From an uncultured bacterium (lineage in GTDB: Bacteria > Patescibacteriota > Minisyncoccia > Phycocordibacterales > PALSA-1337): a stretch of DNA of 64,000 nt. This document shows, piece after piece, positions 28,851 through 39,676 of this stretch. Made by a program: the position numbers and the translations under genes. The stretch lies in the NCBI GenBank assembly GCA_903872035.1, contig CAIQIZ010000009.1, positions 7,299 through 71,298 of the forward strand, read 5' to 3'. Within the stretch, counting starts at the first letter, position 1, and each line of letters opens with the position of its first letter. The notes beneath the pieces were generated by a model. That model saw only the letters and a list, made by a program, of their open reading frames with translations, was not told where the DNA came from and made no database searches.

Positions 28851-29911
28851 GATTTTGGCAATGATTCACTAACATACCCAGCCAAGATCTTACCTAACAC
28901 CTTGGGCGTCGCTTCTCGCAAGAACAGCTCGTGTCCATTCTTGGCAATCGTCGCCGAAATATCAGGGTGATCTTTTAAATGTTTGATTTTTTCTGCCAGA
29001 TCTTTTGCATCTGCCGGATTTACTAAGAGACAATTTGTTCCATCAACAAGAAAACCCGTATGCCCTTCTGCGCGGCTGGTGATGAATGGCATGGAAAGCG
29101 CCAGCGCCTCGAAAGCTTTGTAAGGGATGGTTCTTTTCAATCGATCATGATCGGCAAACTGTCCGAGAAGGACATGACCGCGAAGCATCATCTGACGAAG
29201 ACCGTCTGCTGGAAGATATGAGCTTTCCACCGCGAGATTCGTAGGATTGAAACGCTTTATCGCATCATGTAATTCTTTGACGACAGGACCATGGCCGTTG
29301 CCGATAATAAGAAAATCAATATCATCGCTCTGAAGGATATTAGCCGCTTCGACGATGTATCGTATGCCAATTTCTGGCAAGAAGCGGCCACGGAAGACAA
29401 CAGAGAATCTTCCATTCTTTTCCACCGCTTCCGGAAAGAATTCTTTGTCATCAGCCCCGGCCAAAAGGACTTTGACCTTATTCGGCGGCGTCTTGAACAA
29501 GTGTTCGAAATATTTCTTTTGAGCTTCTGTCTCGACCAAGACTTGGTCGGCAAAATGCACCGAGCTATGGTCATAGAAATAAGTCATCCACCTACGCGGC
29601 GACCATAGAGGGTATATGCCTCGCGACAATACCTGTGCCTCATAATGCGTGCAAAGAGCGTCGTATATGATCGGCTTTCCGGTGAGCAATCGCGCCAACC
29701 AGACAACCGTATATCCCGGATATCCGACGATCATGGCATCGTATTTACCATTGACCAGACGATGCTTGGCGATCAGTTTGAAATATTTCATCAGGCCGCG
29801 GCTGCGGTCGCTGCATTCGATGACTTCTATCCCATTGGCACGCAAACCAGATATATAGATCCGGTTCCGGGAATAGTCAGGGTTATATATGCCGAAATAG
29901 CAGATTGTCAT
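28847..29911 (-). CDS. GT4 glycosyltransferase
   Basis: YSRNR, FRGRF, IPYKAFEALA. Confidence 0.88.
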   Translation of the reverse strand: MTICYFGIYNPDYSRNRIYISGLRANGIEVIECSDRSRGLMKYFKLIAKHRLVNGKYDAMIVGYPGYTVVWLARLLTGKPIIYDALCTHYEAQVLSRGIYPLWSPRRWMTYFYDHSSVHFADQVLVETEAQKKYFEHLFKTPPNKVKVLLAGADDKEFFPEAVEKNGRFSVVFRGRFLPEIGIRYIVEAANILQSDDIDFLIIGNGHGPVVKELHDAIKRFNPTNLAVESSYLPADGLRQMMLRGHVLLGQFADHDRLKRTIPYKAFEALALSMPFITSRAEGHTGFLVDGTNCLLVNPADAKDLAEKIKHLKDHPDISATIAKNGHELFLREATPKVLGKILAGYVSESLPKS

Positions 29912-31539
29912 TTTATTTGAATGAAATCGTCAGACCAGGCCGGACTAACCCAATATCTGGTCAGATCTACCTCCGGAAAATCAGGTTCGAGATGTGCCGC
30001 CGTAGAAAGCATATATCTGTATAGTACTCGATCATATCCCTTCACGTCAGACGGTCGGAAAGAAGCGATCGGGATATAATAGGCATTCAGTAGCGTAATA
30101 TTGGTCGGCAAAGGAGACGTGGTCATAGCATCGAACAAACCGTAACGAGCCTTGTTGTATTTGCCAATATAGGCATCATAAGCAGCTCTAGTATGTGGGT
30201 ATCCAAAAATATAATCGGCTACGAATAATTGTTTGGCTTGCGGATGGAGACGCTGATATTCGACAGCTGTTGCCACAGCTACCCTTTCGGCTGGACCAGC
30301 CAGCATCGCATTATCCCAAAAATAGAGAGAGGTGCCATGATAGATGAGCAAAGCAGATACGAGCATGATCGAAACTATGCGCATCATCCGGTTCAAGCTA
30401 TCCCACTCCATAACCAGAAGCATGGCCGCGCTCATGATGATAGATACGATGACCGGCAATATGTATCGGCTCTCATGGTGACCAAGCAGACCGAATATCA
30501 GAAAGAAGATTCCCATAACGCATATAGGCAACCAGAAAATATACGATCGATGGATCCTTTTGCGGATAGCACGGAAGATGAGCATGAGCCAAAGGCCAAG
30601 CAAAGCTAGATGGTTTGTAACTATGATCTTCAAGTAATAAACGAAGGAGAATCCGGACCATAGCGCCTCTTGTGTCCATCCGCCAAAGCCGGTTCCAGTG
30701 ATGTCTCCGCCAGTCACGTGGATCAGGCGCAAGAATGACCGCGGATGCCAAATGATCATCAGTAGCAAAGGAATGATGAGGCAAAGGCAATAGATACCAA
30801 ACGCTTTGAGCATCCGATAATTTTTATCCCGATACCATTTGATGAGGACGGGAAGAAAGATGATCTGCGACAAAGCGCTGACATAGCTCAAGCCGAAAGT
30901 TGCAACAAATAGGAACCCCTGCCAGATGTAGTAACGACGGATATGCTTTGGGTCTTCGATCATTCTGACAAGAAAATATATCTGAGCGATGAGCGCTGCG
31001 ATGACATATATCCAATGTTTGAAGTACGAGGAATATTCAAAGAAATAGAAATTGAAGGCCAAGAGCGAGACTCCAACCAGAGCCAACCATCGACTCCGCT
31101 TGGGATTGATCGTCTCTGTCATGAGCAGAGCGTAAAGCGACAAAAGCGCCAGAAATCCAGTTACAACCGAGATCAAGCGAGCCTTTCGATCGATACCTCC
31201 CCAATCCCAGATTATATAATTCCGGTAATCAGCAGCCGAATGAACAGCACCGGTCATGAGCTTGGCAGCATAATCAAATATGACCGCCGGCAAAGCGATG
31301 ACAGAAAAGACTGGGCCATAATATACAGTCGGAAGATCACGCAACCCTAATAAGCTATTGCTTTCGATTATATGTAGAGCCCCATTTATCGGGGATTGCT
31401 CGTCACCGATGAAGGCAGCGTGAAGTGGTATATTGGCTGTACCATAATGCACGGCCGGAAGATGCAGGATAACCCACAAAATGGCCAAAGCCAGCCCTAT
31501 CCAAAAATATCTTTTTGAACCTTTTATCCGATCCGACAT
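29908..31539 (-). CDS. GT-C membrane glycosyltransferase
   Basis: DEQSPINGALH, RYILP, many TMs; paralog of 34624..36300. Confidence 0.78.
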   Translation of the reverse strand: MSDRIKGSKRYFWIGLALAILWVILHLPAVHYGTANIPLHAAFIGDEQSPINGALHIIESNSLLGLRDLPTVYYGPVFSVIALPAVIFDYAAKLMTGAVHSAADYRNYIIWDWGGIDRKARLISVVTGFLALLSLYALLMTETINPKRSRWLALVGVSLLAFNFYFFEYSSYFKHWIYVIAALIAQIYFLVRMIEDPKHIRRYYIWQGFLFVATFGLSYVSALSQIIFLPVLIKWYRDKNYRMLKAFGIYCLCLIIPLLLMIIWHPRSFLRLIHVTGGDITGTGFGGWTQEALWSGFSFVYYLKIIVTNHLALLGLWLMLIFRAIRKRIHRSYIFWLPICVMGIFFLIFGLLGHHESRYILPVIVSIIMSAAMLLVMEWDSLNRMMRIVSIMLVSALLIYHGTSLYFWDNAMLAGPAERVAVATAVEYQRLHPQAKQLFVADYIFGYPHTRAAYDAYIGKYNKARYGLFDAMTTSPLPTNITLLNAYYIPIASFRPSDVKGYDRVLYRYMLSTAAHLEPDFPEVDLTRYWVSPAWSDDFIQIK

Positions 31540-31555
31540 AAGAGACAGTCTAGCA

Positions 31556-32491
31556 TTATCCCCTTATATTGTAATCGGCTTCGACGATCGCGCCGATAAA
31601 TGCGTAGAAGAGCTGGATTCCGAATATCGACAGTGATAACACCAAAGCTGTCGAAGCTGGCACGGCGAAAACTGCCAAAATTCCGACGAACGACGCCTCT
31701 CTAACTCCGAGACCGGCCACGCTGATTGGGATGAATTGGATGATAGAGACGACACCGAATATCCAGAACCATTCCAAAAGAGATAGATGGATCGATAACT
31801 GCGCGGCGAGAACAACGATCATCAAAATCGCAGCGATTTGATAGCAAGCACCCAAGACAATATTCACAGCGATTAATGCTGGAGGTTTTTCCACACCCTT
31901 GAAATGCACTAACAAGCTCCTGACTGAGTCCGCTATCTTAGAAGACCATTTAGACTTTATGGAACCGAGGATCCGTAAAAACCAATCGCTCACAAAAGGC
32001 AGATCCAATGCGTATATGCTTCCGATTCCCAAGATGATGAGTAAGACCATGATCACAAACAGATACCATGGAAAATATCTCGATGAAAATGAGAAGCCGA
32101 TGAGCATGACGATCAATAGCCCGATGATTCCAGTCAACTTATCCAACCATACGGACGATATGACATTCTTCATCTCCCCGGTTCTTTTTCCCAGACGAAA
32201 AGCTTTGGCTACTTCGCCAGAGAGCTGTCCAGGTAAGACCATATTGTAGAATACATCTATGAAAGTAAATCGAAACAATCTGGCAAAAGGCTGTCCCGGA
32301 AGGAAGATCTTCCATTTGAAGACATTGATAAGCAGTGCGATAAAGTAGAGGACAATGACGCTAGCTATAGTAAAGAGCGAGAATTTGCCCCAGGCTTGAA
32401 CAAGATCAGCTATAGGCGTTTTGCGTAAAAGGATGTAGATCAAGACGAGCGATATCCCGACCTTTCCTGCTAGGGCTAATTTGCGATTCAT
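31556..32491 (-). CDS. Lysylphosphatidylglycerol synthase TM (flippase-like) domain protein
   Basis: NMVLPG..SGE, PISVAGLGVRE, multi-TM. Confidence 0.88.
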   Translation of the reverse strand: MNRKLALAGKVGISLVLIYILLRKTPIADLVQAWGKFSLFTIASVIVLYFIALLINVFKWKIFLPGQPFARLFRFTFIDVFYNMVLPGQLSGEVAKAFRLGKRTGEMKNVISSVWLDKLTGIIGLLIVMLIGFSFSSRYFPWYLFVIMVLLIILGIGSIYALDLPFVSDWFLRILGSIKSKWSSKIADSVRSLLVHFKGVEKPPALIAVNIVLGACYQIAAILMIVVLAAQLSIHLSLLEWFWIFGVVSIIQFIPISVAGLGVREASFVGILAVFAVPASTALVLSLSIFGIQLFYAFIGAIVEADYNIRG

Positions 32492-32500
32492 GAATTGATT

Positions 32501-33415
32501 CTACACCTTTTTTCGGATAGAGATAATGAGCGGCGACTGCGCCTTGATGAGAAGAAGGAACCAGGTCAAAGCCGTGACGATCTTCAATCTATGCGCCAAT
32601 TCAAGCAGCTTCCTTATCTTAGTCAGACCAGCATAGGGTGTAAACTTGAGAGTCGTCATCCTTTCTCGAAAGACTTCTTCCCCCATTCCTAAAAACTCTA
32701 TCTCACCACTATCTATGTAGGGTCGCAAAATATTTTTTATGCTGAAATAATTTATTTCCGTACGGAGGGTTTTTGCGAAGGTTGGATCTCTTTTCAGTCC
32801 GTATTTCAGCCAAAGCGACCAGAACCATTTCGGCTGGTAAGGGATATACAGGCACGCGTAATGACCGTCATAGAAAGATCCATAGCTCGGCACGACCACT
32901 TGGATGAATCCGCCAGGTCGACAGACTCGTATGGCTTCAGCGAGCACTGCTTTAGGATCCCGGACATGTTCTAGGACATTGGTGGAAAAAACAAAATCAA
33001 AACAGCTGTCGGGATATGGTAACGATTCCCCAACTCCTTCAGTGACTATCTTCGGATCGATCCCATTGGCTTCCAAGATCTTTTGGGAAATCCCGAACGA
33101 TCCGTCGAAGCCTTCTTCGCTAGGCTCGATACCATACGGCTCTGCGCCATATTTCTTTTTTGTAACCACCAAAAATACTCCGAAGCCAGAGCCGACCTCA
33201 AGGATCTTTTTTCCACGGATCGATTGCCCAGAAAAGCGTTCGAGGAGAGCAACTTGTTCATCAACCTTGCTCGAAGAAAGCACATCATCGGTGCTCTTCA
33301 CAGGGTCGATCTTCCCTGTCTTCCAGGTAAACAGACCGTAAGTGTCATGGACTTGCTGCCAGACATCTTTCGAAACTTTCACTTGTGCTGATGATTGGGG
33401 TACTGATTGAGACAT
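32501..33415 (-). CDS. Class I SAM methyltransferase
   Basis: ILEVGSGFG, LPYPD..FD, VLEHV, RVCRPGG. Confidence 0.9.
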   Translation of the reverse strand: MSQSVPQSSAQVKVSKDVWQQVHDTYGLFTWKTGKIDPVKSTDDVLSSSKVDEQVALLERFSGQSIRGKKILEVGSGFGVFLVVTKKKYGAEPYGIEPSEEGFDGSFGISQKILEANGIDPKIVTEGVGESLPYPDSCFDFVFSTNVLEHVRDPKAVLAEAIRVCRPGGFIQVVVPSYGSFYDGHYACLYIPYQPKWFWSLWLKYGLKRDPTFAKTLRTEINYFSIKNILRPYIDSGEIEFLGMGEEVFRERMTTLKFTPYAGLTKIRKLLELAHRLKIVTALTWFLLLIKAQSPLIISIRKKV

Positions 33416-33429
33416 CTGTATATTTAAGA

Positions 33430-34584
33430 TTAAGAATTTATGAGATCAAGGTAGCTCTGTGCAAGCACATCCCACCCTCTCGTCATGGTCGACTTCCTAG
33501 AATTTGCGCCATATTCTTTTCGCTTCAGCGGATCGTGGTACAGCCGAAGAATGGCAGCCGCCAATTCATCATGACGATTCACAACGATACCATTTACGCC
33601 GTCCTGCACCAGCTCGTTGGTACCGCGATTGTTTGTGGCGATTATCGGCAGTCCCGAGGCCATGGCTTCCAATACTGTATTCGGCATACCTTCTTCAAAT
33701 GATGGCATCATGAAGATAGAACTCGACGCATAACGCGATGGCAATTCGTTCCGATCAAGCCAGCCGAGGAATGAGATCCGCTTGTCGACTTTCAAAGATC
33801 TGGCTTCGCTTTCCAGGGAATGTCGGAGCGGTCCGTCGCCGATGATTGCGCATTGCATTTTTTCAAAAGCAGCTGGCTCGGTAAACTGAATTTCCTTCAA
33901 GGCCTGGAGAATATATGTCACCCCCTTCTGCTCGACCAACCGCCCGACAAAAATGATCGAAAACGTCTGGCTCAAATCCTTGGACGATGCGGGAGACGGC
34001 GCCGGCTTAAATATATCCGTGTCGATGCCATTGGGAATGCACTCAACTTTTTTACCGAGAGGGCTAGCAGTCTTCTCGGCAAGCTCTTTCAAACCATCGC
34101 TATTGGCCACGATATTCGAAGCCGATCTCCAGACCATATTCGTGAGCGGCATAGTCAATCGATGCAACCTCCGCAAATTCTTCGGCAAAAAACCGGGCAC
34201 ATCTCCACCCTGAAGCGACAGAGAATATGGCACCTTGAATCTTTTGAATAGGTACCAAGCAACTAGCCCAGTCGGCATAGCGAAGAAAGAGATGACATGG
34301 TCCGGACGTTCTTCATTGACGAATTTTGCTGATCGAAAAGATGCTTTGAGAACATAATGGAACATCTCAAGCGTATTCGAACGGTCAGCTCTTTTCCGTA
34401 ACGTGCGAAGGCGGATCAGGTTATACCCCTCCGTCTCTGATTTCTCTTCGAGACCTTTGAACCATGTCGTAATGACCGTGACCGAATGGCCCGATCTAGC
34501 CAACTCGCGAGATATATAACGTGTCGTATTTCCAGCCCCGCCACCAAGCGGCGGAAACTCGTAGTTCAAGATGAGGATCTTCAT
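33430..34584 (-). CDS. GT4 glycosyltransferase
   Basis: NYEFPPLGGGAG, FVGRL..QKG, EGMPNTVLEAMASG. Confidence 0.93.
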   Translation of the reverse strand: MKILILNYEFPPLGGGAGNTTRYISRELARSGHSVTVITTWFKGLEEKSETEGYNLIRLRTLRKRADRSNTLEMFHYVLKASFRSAKFVNEERPDHVISFFAMPTGLVAWYLFKRFKVPYSLSLQGGDVPGFLPKNLRRLHRLTMPLTNMVWRSASNIVANSDGLKELAEKTASPLGKKVECIPNGIDTDIFKPAPSPASSKDLSQTFSIIFVGRLVEQKGVTYILQALKEIQFTEPAAFEKMQCAIIGDGPLRHSLESEARSLKVDKRISFLGWLDRNELPSRYASSSIFMMPSFEEGMPNTVLEAMASGLPIIATNNRGTNELVQDGVNGIVVNRHDELAAAILRLYHDPLKRKEYGANSRKSTMTRGWDVLAQSYLDLINS

Positions 34585-34623
34585 GAGATAGATGCAATGG
34601 ATAAATCGCCTCGCAGCTTCCTA

Positions 34624-36300
34624 TTATTTGACCATGATATATCGATCCTGATAATCAGAATAATTCCAGACCGTCCAAGGTCTAAAATCGAATTGATCAT
34701 TTGGATTTCCTCCCCAGACTTGGGGATCTAGGATAGCCGGCTCAAAAGTGATGATATGAGCATAAGTAGCCCGATCCTTGGCCGTGATCTTTGGCGCGGC
34801 AGCTGAACGATAATAGGCAGCGATCGGAGTGACGCTCTGAGGCGGCTCTGCTCCAAGGATATATTGCCAGAGATCCGAAGGATAACCGAACTGTCCGTGA
34901 TTATTGGCGAAGACGACATAGGCATCATGGGTATGCACGTATCCGAATGGCCAATCTTTGAAAGCCAAAAATTTGGCAGTTGGACTCACCTTTTGCCAAG
35001 CCACCAGCTCAGGGACTATGCTCCGCCGTTCGACCGGTCCAGCCATTATCATCCGCTCCCAACCAATTATCTGGACTGAACTAACAACAATAGAAAAGAT
35101 CAGGAATATCCTGGCCAAGCGCATCTTCAAATCAGTATGCCGGCTATTGGCATAAACCCACGAATACATGCTCATGACCATGAGGGAACAGAAGACGATC
35201 GTCGGCAAAGCATATCTGGTCTCATGATGAGTCGGCAAAGCGAAGACGGTATAGTTGGCAAAGGCCAAGAGGAATGTCGCCCAAAGCCAATATTTTGGAA
35301 AGATGATCTTGGAACGATAAAGCGCGAATGCCAAGGTGATCCCAGCGATCAGTAGAAATGGATCATTCAAAAGTATTATTTGCGCGTAGAACCAGAACGA
35401 ATGTCCACCGACACTGGAAGTCAGATCCAGGACAGCTGAAGTATGGGTGGTCGGTGCTGCAAAGCCGACGATAGATAGCATCCTAGTAAAACCATACGGA
35501 TACCAGAGTATCACTCCCAGAACGCCGACTGCTACACCGAGGACGTATATTCCCAGAGCTTTCAAGTTTGCGACCTCCTTATTCTTGATCCAAATGATGA
35601 GGAGCGGGAGCCAGAGTATCTCATATGCGATGCCTATATAGCTTATCCCGAAAGTTAAGACCGTCAGCAACCATTGCAAGAACCAGAACAGCTTTCGATG
35701 ACGATCTGATTCGATCATGAGGATGAGGAGATACAATTGCCAAAGGACTATGGCCAAGATAAATACCCAATGCCGGAAAAAATTGGCATATTCAAAATAC
35801 AGATAGTTCAGACCGAGAAGTGTAGATGCGGCATACTGGATCCATTTTTTTCTGGAAGGATTTAGTGTCGCGGTACCGAACATAAGGAATACCGCCAGTA
35901 AGCCCAAGAAACCGACCAAGACAGAGAGCAGTCGGCTCCATTCGAGCACCCCTCCCCAATTCCAGACGATGAAATCCTTGTATGATTCAGCTCCGGTCAC
36001 AGAGTGTGTGAGAATTCGAATGGCGAAATCGGCGACGACCGGCGGTACCGCGACGACCGCAAAGATCGGGCCGTAATACAATCCCCAGCCGTTAGAACGT
36101 AAAGTGAGCGGGTTCTTATTTTGCAAAATATGTAGAGCACCGTTTATCGGAGACTGTTCGTCAGATGTGAGATATGCCTCATGCAGAGGAACGTTCTGTG
36201 CACCATACCTTATGCCAGGAATATGCAGCGCTACCCAGATCAAACACATGACTATACCTATAGCAATGGCGAGTTTCCGAGTTTTCCGATGATCATCCAT
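34624..36300 (-). CDS. GT-C membrane glycosyltransferase
   Basis: DEQSPINGALH, HHETRYALP; start moved to ATG 36300 to avoid overlap with upstream gene. Confidence 0.78.
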   Translation of the reverse strand: MDDHRKTRKLAIAIGIVMCLIWVALHIPGIRYGAQNVPLHEAYLTSDEQSPINGALHILQNKNPLTLRSNGWGLYYGPIFAVVAVPPVVADFAIRILTHSVTGAESYKDFIVWNWGGVLEWSRLLSVLVGFLGLLAVFLMFGTATLNPSRKKWIQYAASTLLGLNYLYFEYANFFRHWVFILAIVLWQLYLLILMIESDRHRKLFWFLQWLLTVLTFGISYIGIAYEILWLPLLIIWIKNKEVANLKALGIYVLGVAVGVLGVILWYPYGFTRMLSIVGFAAPTTHTSAVLDLTSSVGGHSFWFYAQIILLNDPFLLIAGITLAFALYRSKIIFPKYWLWATFLLAFANYTVFALPTHHETRYALPTIVFCSLMVMSMYSWVYANSRHTDLKMRLARIFLIFSIVVSSVQIIGWERMIMAGPVERRSIVPELVAWQKVSPTAKFLAFKDWPFGYVHTHDAYVVFANNHGQFGYPSDLWQYILGAEPPQSVTPIAAYYRSAAAPKITAKDRATYAHIITFEPAILDPQVWGGNPNDQFDFRPWTVWNYSDYQDRYIMVK

Positions 36301-36302
36301 AT

Positions 36303-37766
36303 TTATTTCTTGAAGACATACTCGATCTCCTCGAAGCCGCCCACCCAATAGCACCAGATCCGACTGCAAAACGAAGGACTTAGATTTGCCAAAAACGAGA
36401 TCGATCTATCAGCGATCCAGAGGAAAAAGAGCGGGATGCTACCGTATCCAAGAGTCCGCAAAAGATGGAAAAATGCCATCCAATGCAGCTCCATCTTTTC
36501 CAACTCGAGATCCGTCCCGAAATATCCCCACCTGATATATCTTTTGTCGAAATAGTATGGAAATGTCACGTCAAACCCATGGCAATGCTCGGCATGTGTC
36601 ATGGCCCGGCTGAAATGAGGGACCTTTATATGGAGCTTTCCACCGGCAGCCAATATACGACGGAGCTCGGTCATGACCCGGAATGGTTTGTCCAGATGCT
36701 CTAGCACATGGAAAGCCTCGATGTGTTCAAATTCGCCATCGGCGAATGGATATGGAAAGACATTGAGATCGAGCGATAGATCTGGTGAGTACAATTCCTG
36801 CCAATCTATATTGACATAGCCTTCTTTTTTCTCTTTTCCCGATCCTAGATTCAGCTTTTTCATGTCATTTTTGGGGCGTTGTGATTGTATCAATCCGGAT
36901 GGTAAAACACCACTCGGCCATATCATCCCGCCGAATTTCCATGAGTTGCCATTCCGCTTGATCATGTACGTGGAAGCGGGGTCGATTTTTGGATCACTAG
37001 CCAGCCATTTTTCCAAAACGCTTCTAGATAAATAAGTCGTCTGCGGCGTGACTAGTTGGTCGAACGCGATATGTCGAAAGAACGCGAATTCTCGCTTTGA
37101 GATCCATATCATGTATGAATGCATCGGCAGCCTGGAGGCGAATCCACCTCTCGGCAAAGCCGCCAAAATTTTGGCATAAAAGTAAAATGGCACGGACAGT
37201 GGCGCGGCGACAAAATATTTGGTGAACCACCACGGCAAATGCGAAACGATCTTACGGATCGGATCGACGATGAAGATGACGGGGGCATTCCCTTCGCGGG
37301 CATATACCCAACAATGAAACCTGCCTCCTGGTCTGGTATTACGGACCACCGACTGGAATCCCTTCTCCGGCTCTTTTAGATGATGCAAAACGCCGATGCA
37401 ATAAACCAGATCGAATCCGTCGCTTTGAAATTCGACCAGATCACCTTTGACGACCTTCCATTTTCTGAAGCTATTGGAAGCGAGATTCTTCTCAGCGGAC
37501 AGAACCGAATCGCCGAGGTCGACTCCTTCGAGCAGAGCCGGCTTCCAGTCGGCCATATGAACCATGAGACTTGCATTGCCACATCCCAATTCGAGGACTC
37601 GCTTACCGATAACATCTTTCTTGGTCAAAGGTAACATCCAATCTTCGAATTGATCCCGAGTATAGATCGATCCTTCCGGAAGATTGTTCCAGGACGTAGC
37701 AAAAGCATCAGCAGTGGCTTTATCACAGACGGTCTTGGAATCTTCGACCACATCAAGCGATTTCAT
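36303..37766 (-). CDS. Two fused SAM methyltransferase domains
   Basis: VLELGCGN...GVLHHL and KLNLGSG...HVLEHL. Confidence 0.85.
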   Translation of the reverse strand: MKSLDVVEDSKTVCDKATADAFATSWNNLPEGSIYTRDQFEDWMLPLTKKDVIGKRVLELGCGNASLMVHMADWKPALLEGVDLGDSVLSAEKNLASNSFRKWKVVKGDLVEFQSDGFDLVYCIGVLHHLKEPEKGFQSVVRNTRPGGRFHCWVYAREGNAPVIFIVDPIRKIVSHLPWWFTKYFVAAPLSVPFYFYAKILAALPRGGFASRLPMHSYMIWISKREFAFFRHIAFDQLVTPQTTYLSRSVLEKWLASDPKIDPASTYMIKRNGNSWKFGGMIWPSGVLPSGLIQSQRPKNDMKKLNLGSGKEKKEGYVNIDWQELYSPDLSLDLNVFPYPFADGEFEHIEAFHVLEHLDKPFRVMTELRRILAAGGKLHIKVPHFSRAMTHAEHCHGFDVTFPYYFDKRYIRWGYFGTDLELEKMELHWMAFFHLLRTLGYGSIPLFFLWIADRSISFLANLSPSFCSRIWCYWVGGFEEIEYVFKK

Positions 37767-37806
37767 ATCAGGCGATTATAGACGAAAAACGATGGAATTC
37801 AAAGGC

Positions 37807-39675
37807 TTATTCCATCCACCTCCTCCACCACATAGAGAATGTCAAAAGAGTCCAAATCTGTTTGCGATTATCTTTTTTGCCAGCAAAATGCTCTTCCAAA
37901 ATCCGCCCGACGTAGCCAGCATTGAAAAGCTGCATCTTGGCGATCGATTCTGGTCCAAGGAAATCGAGAACAAGCGGTTTCAGATCTCCATTGATCCACT
38001 GATTGATCGGCATACCGAAACCTTTCTTCTTGCGATATATTATGTTATCTGGCAACTTCCCTTCCATGAGTTTTTTCAAGATGAATTTGCGCTGCAGACC
38101 TTTGAATTTGAATTCTGACGGCATACGATTGGCCAGATCAACTACGCGCGTGTCCAGGAATGGTGCACGAACTTCCAAAGCATTCATCATGCTAGCTCGA
38201 TCCACTTTCACGAGCACTTGGTCCATCATGTACATGCGTTCATACAAATATTCTAATTCGTCATAGAAGTCGCGGGAGTCCATTTCGCTAAGATAGCGGT
38301 CGATATCGTCAAATTCATTCTTTTGGGCGACTTTTTTCCAAACATCGTCGGCGAACAATGACTGTCGGTCATTCCGGCCAAATGCCCCCAACCATCTCTG
38401 ATCACGATATGCTGGATCGCCATCAAAACCGCCGACGAACTTCTTGGCTCGAAAATCGAGGCTCATATTGGAATGCCCCACCGGCAACATGCCGACTATA
38501 CGTTTTATGATCCCGTCTCGCATGACCGCTGGGATCTTTTCATATAGGCGCGCCAAGCGGTGTGCCAGAAAAGTATCATACCCGCAGAACAATTCATCGC
38601 CACCATCTCCGCCCAGGGCGACCGTGACATGCTCGCGAGTGAACTGCGAAAGCAGATAAGTGGGAACGATCGAGGCATCGGCCATCGGTTCATCCAGTAA
38701 TTCGCCTATCTTTGGGATGAGCTCAATGCATTCATTTACAGACAAGATCTTCTCGTGGTGTTCGGTGCCTAAATAGTTGGCGACCTGCCTAGCATAAGTC
38801 GATTCATCAAATGAGCTTTCCTTGAAACCGATGGAAAAAGTCTTGACCTTTCCTCGATTGGCCTTGGCGGCGTAGTAGGCAATGGCGCTCGAATCTATTC
38901 CTCCTGATAAAAATATTCCAAGAGGTACGTCGGATACCAGACGATCTCTTACTGCGGCGGCCAGATCGGAGTCGAGTGCTATAAGAGAGCCCGCGAAAGA
39001 ATCGGCTTTTGGCAAGAATGTCGGCTTCCAAAACTGCGTCTTCTTGGCTTGCTTGCCATTCCAGGTCAAAAAAGTACCCGGCTCAAGCTTCCAAGTGTCC
39101 TTGAAGATAGAATGCGGCGTCGGCACATATTCATATTGGAAATATTTGTTTAGCGACTCAAGATCGATCTCTTTCTTGAAAAATGGATGGGCTACCAATG
39201 CTTTCAATTCAGAACCGAACATAAGCGTCCCATTTTGCACGCTCCAATAGAGCGGCTTCTTCCCCATCCTGTCACGAGCCAGAATGAGCAAGTCTTTTTT
39301 GACATCATAGATAGCGATGGCAAACATTCCCTGGATCTTGGAAAAAACCTCGGTTCCGATCTCTTCATATAGGTGAATGATGATTTCCGTATCGCTCCGG
39401 CCCTTGAAGACATGTTTCTTCTTCAAGAGCTTCCGCGCTTCTGCAAAGTTGTATATCTCGCCATTGAAGATGATCCAAACCGTCCCATCTTCATTGGACA
39501 TTGGCTGATGGCCGGCTGGAGAAAGATCGATGATGGACAGGCGGCGTTGAGCCAGGCCGACTGTCCGCCAAACTTTCCATCCTTCGTCATCCGGTCCACG
39601 ATGCTTCAAGGCATCATTCATCTTCTGGAGAATGGGCTCGTCTCCTATTCCACTAAAGCCGGTGATGCCGCACAT
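37807..39675 (-). CDS. asnB: Asparagine synthase (glutamine-hydrolysing)-type amidotransferase
   Basis: MCGI, HRGPD, NGEIYN, LSGGIDSS, GDGGDELF; in glycan loci probably a sugar amidotransferase. Confidence 0.93.
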   Translation of the reverse strand: MCGITGFSGIGDEPILQKMNDALKHRGPDDEGWKVWRTVGLAQRRLSIIDLSPAGHQPMSNEDGTVWIIFNGEIYNFAEARKLLKKKHVFKGRSDTEIIIHLYEEIGTEVFSKIQGMFAIAIYDVKKDLLILARDRMGKKPLYWSVQNGTLMFGSELKALVAHPFFKKEIDLESLNKYFQYEYVPTPHSIFKDTWKLEPGTFLTWNGKQAKKTQFWKPTFLPKADSFAGSLIALDSDLAAAVRDRLVSDVPLGIFLSGGIDSSAIAYYAAKANRGKVKTFSIGFKESSFDESTYARQVANYLGTEHHEKILSVNECIELIPKIGELLDEPMADASIVPTYLLSQFTREHVTVALGGDGGDELFCGYDTFLAHRLARLYEKIPAVMRDGIIKRIVGMLPVGHSNMSLDFRAKKFVGGFDGDPAYRDQRWLGAFGRNDRQSLFADDVWKKVAQKNEFDDIDRYLSEMDSRDFYDELEYLYERMYMMDQVLVKVDRASMMNALEVRAPFLDTRVVDLANRMPSEFKFKGLQRKFILKKLMEGKLPDNIIYRKKKGFGMPINQWINGDLKPLVLDFLGPESIAKMQLFNAGYVGRILEEHFAGKKDNRKQIWTLLTFSMWWRRWME

Positions 39676-39676
39676 T

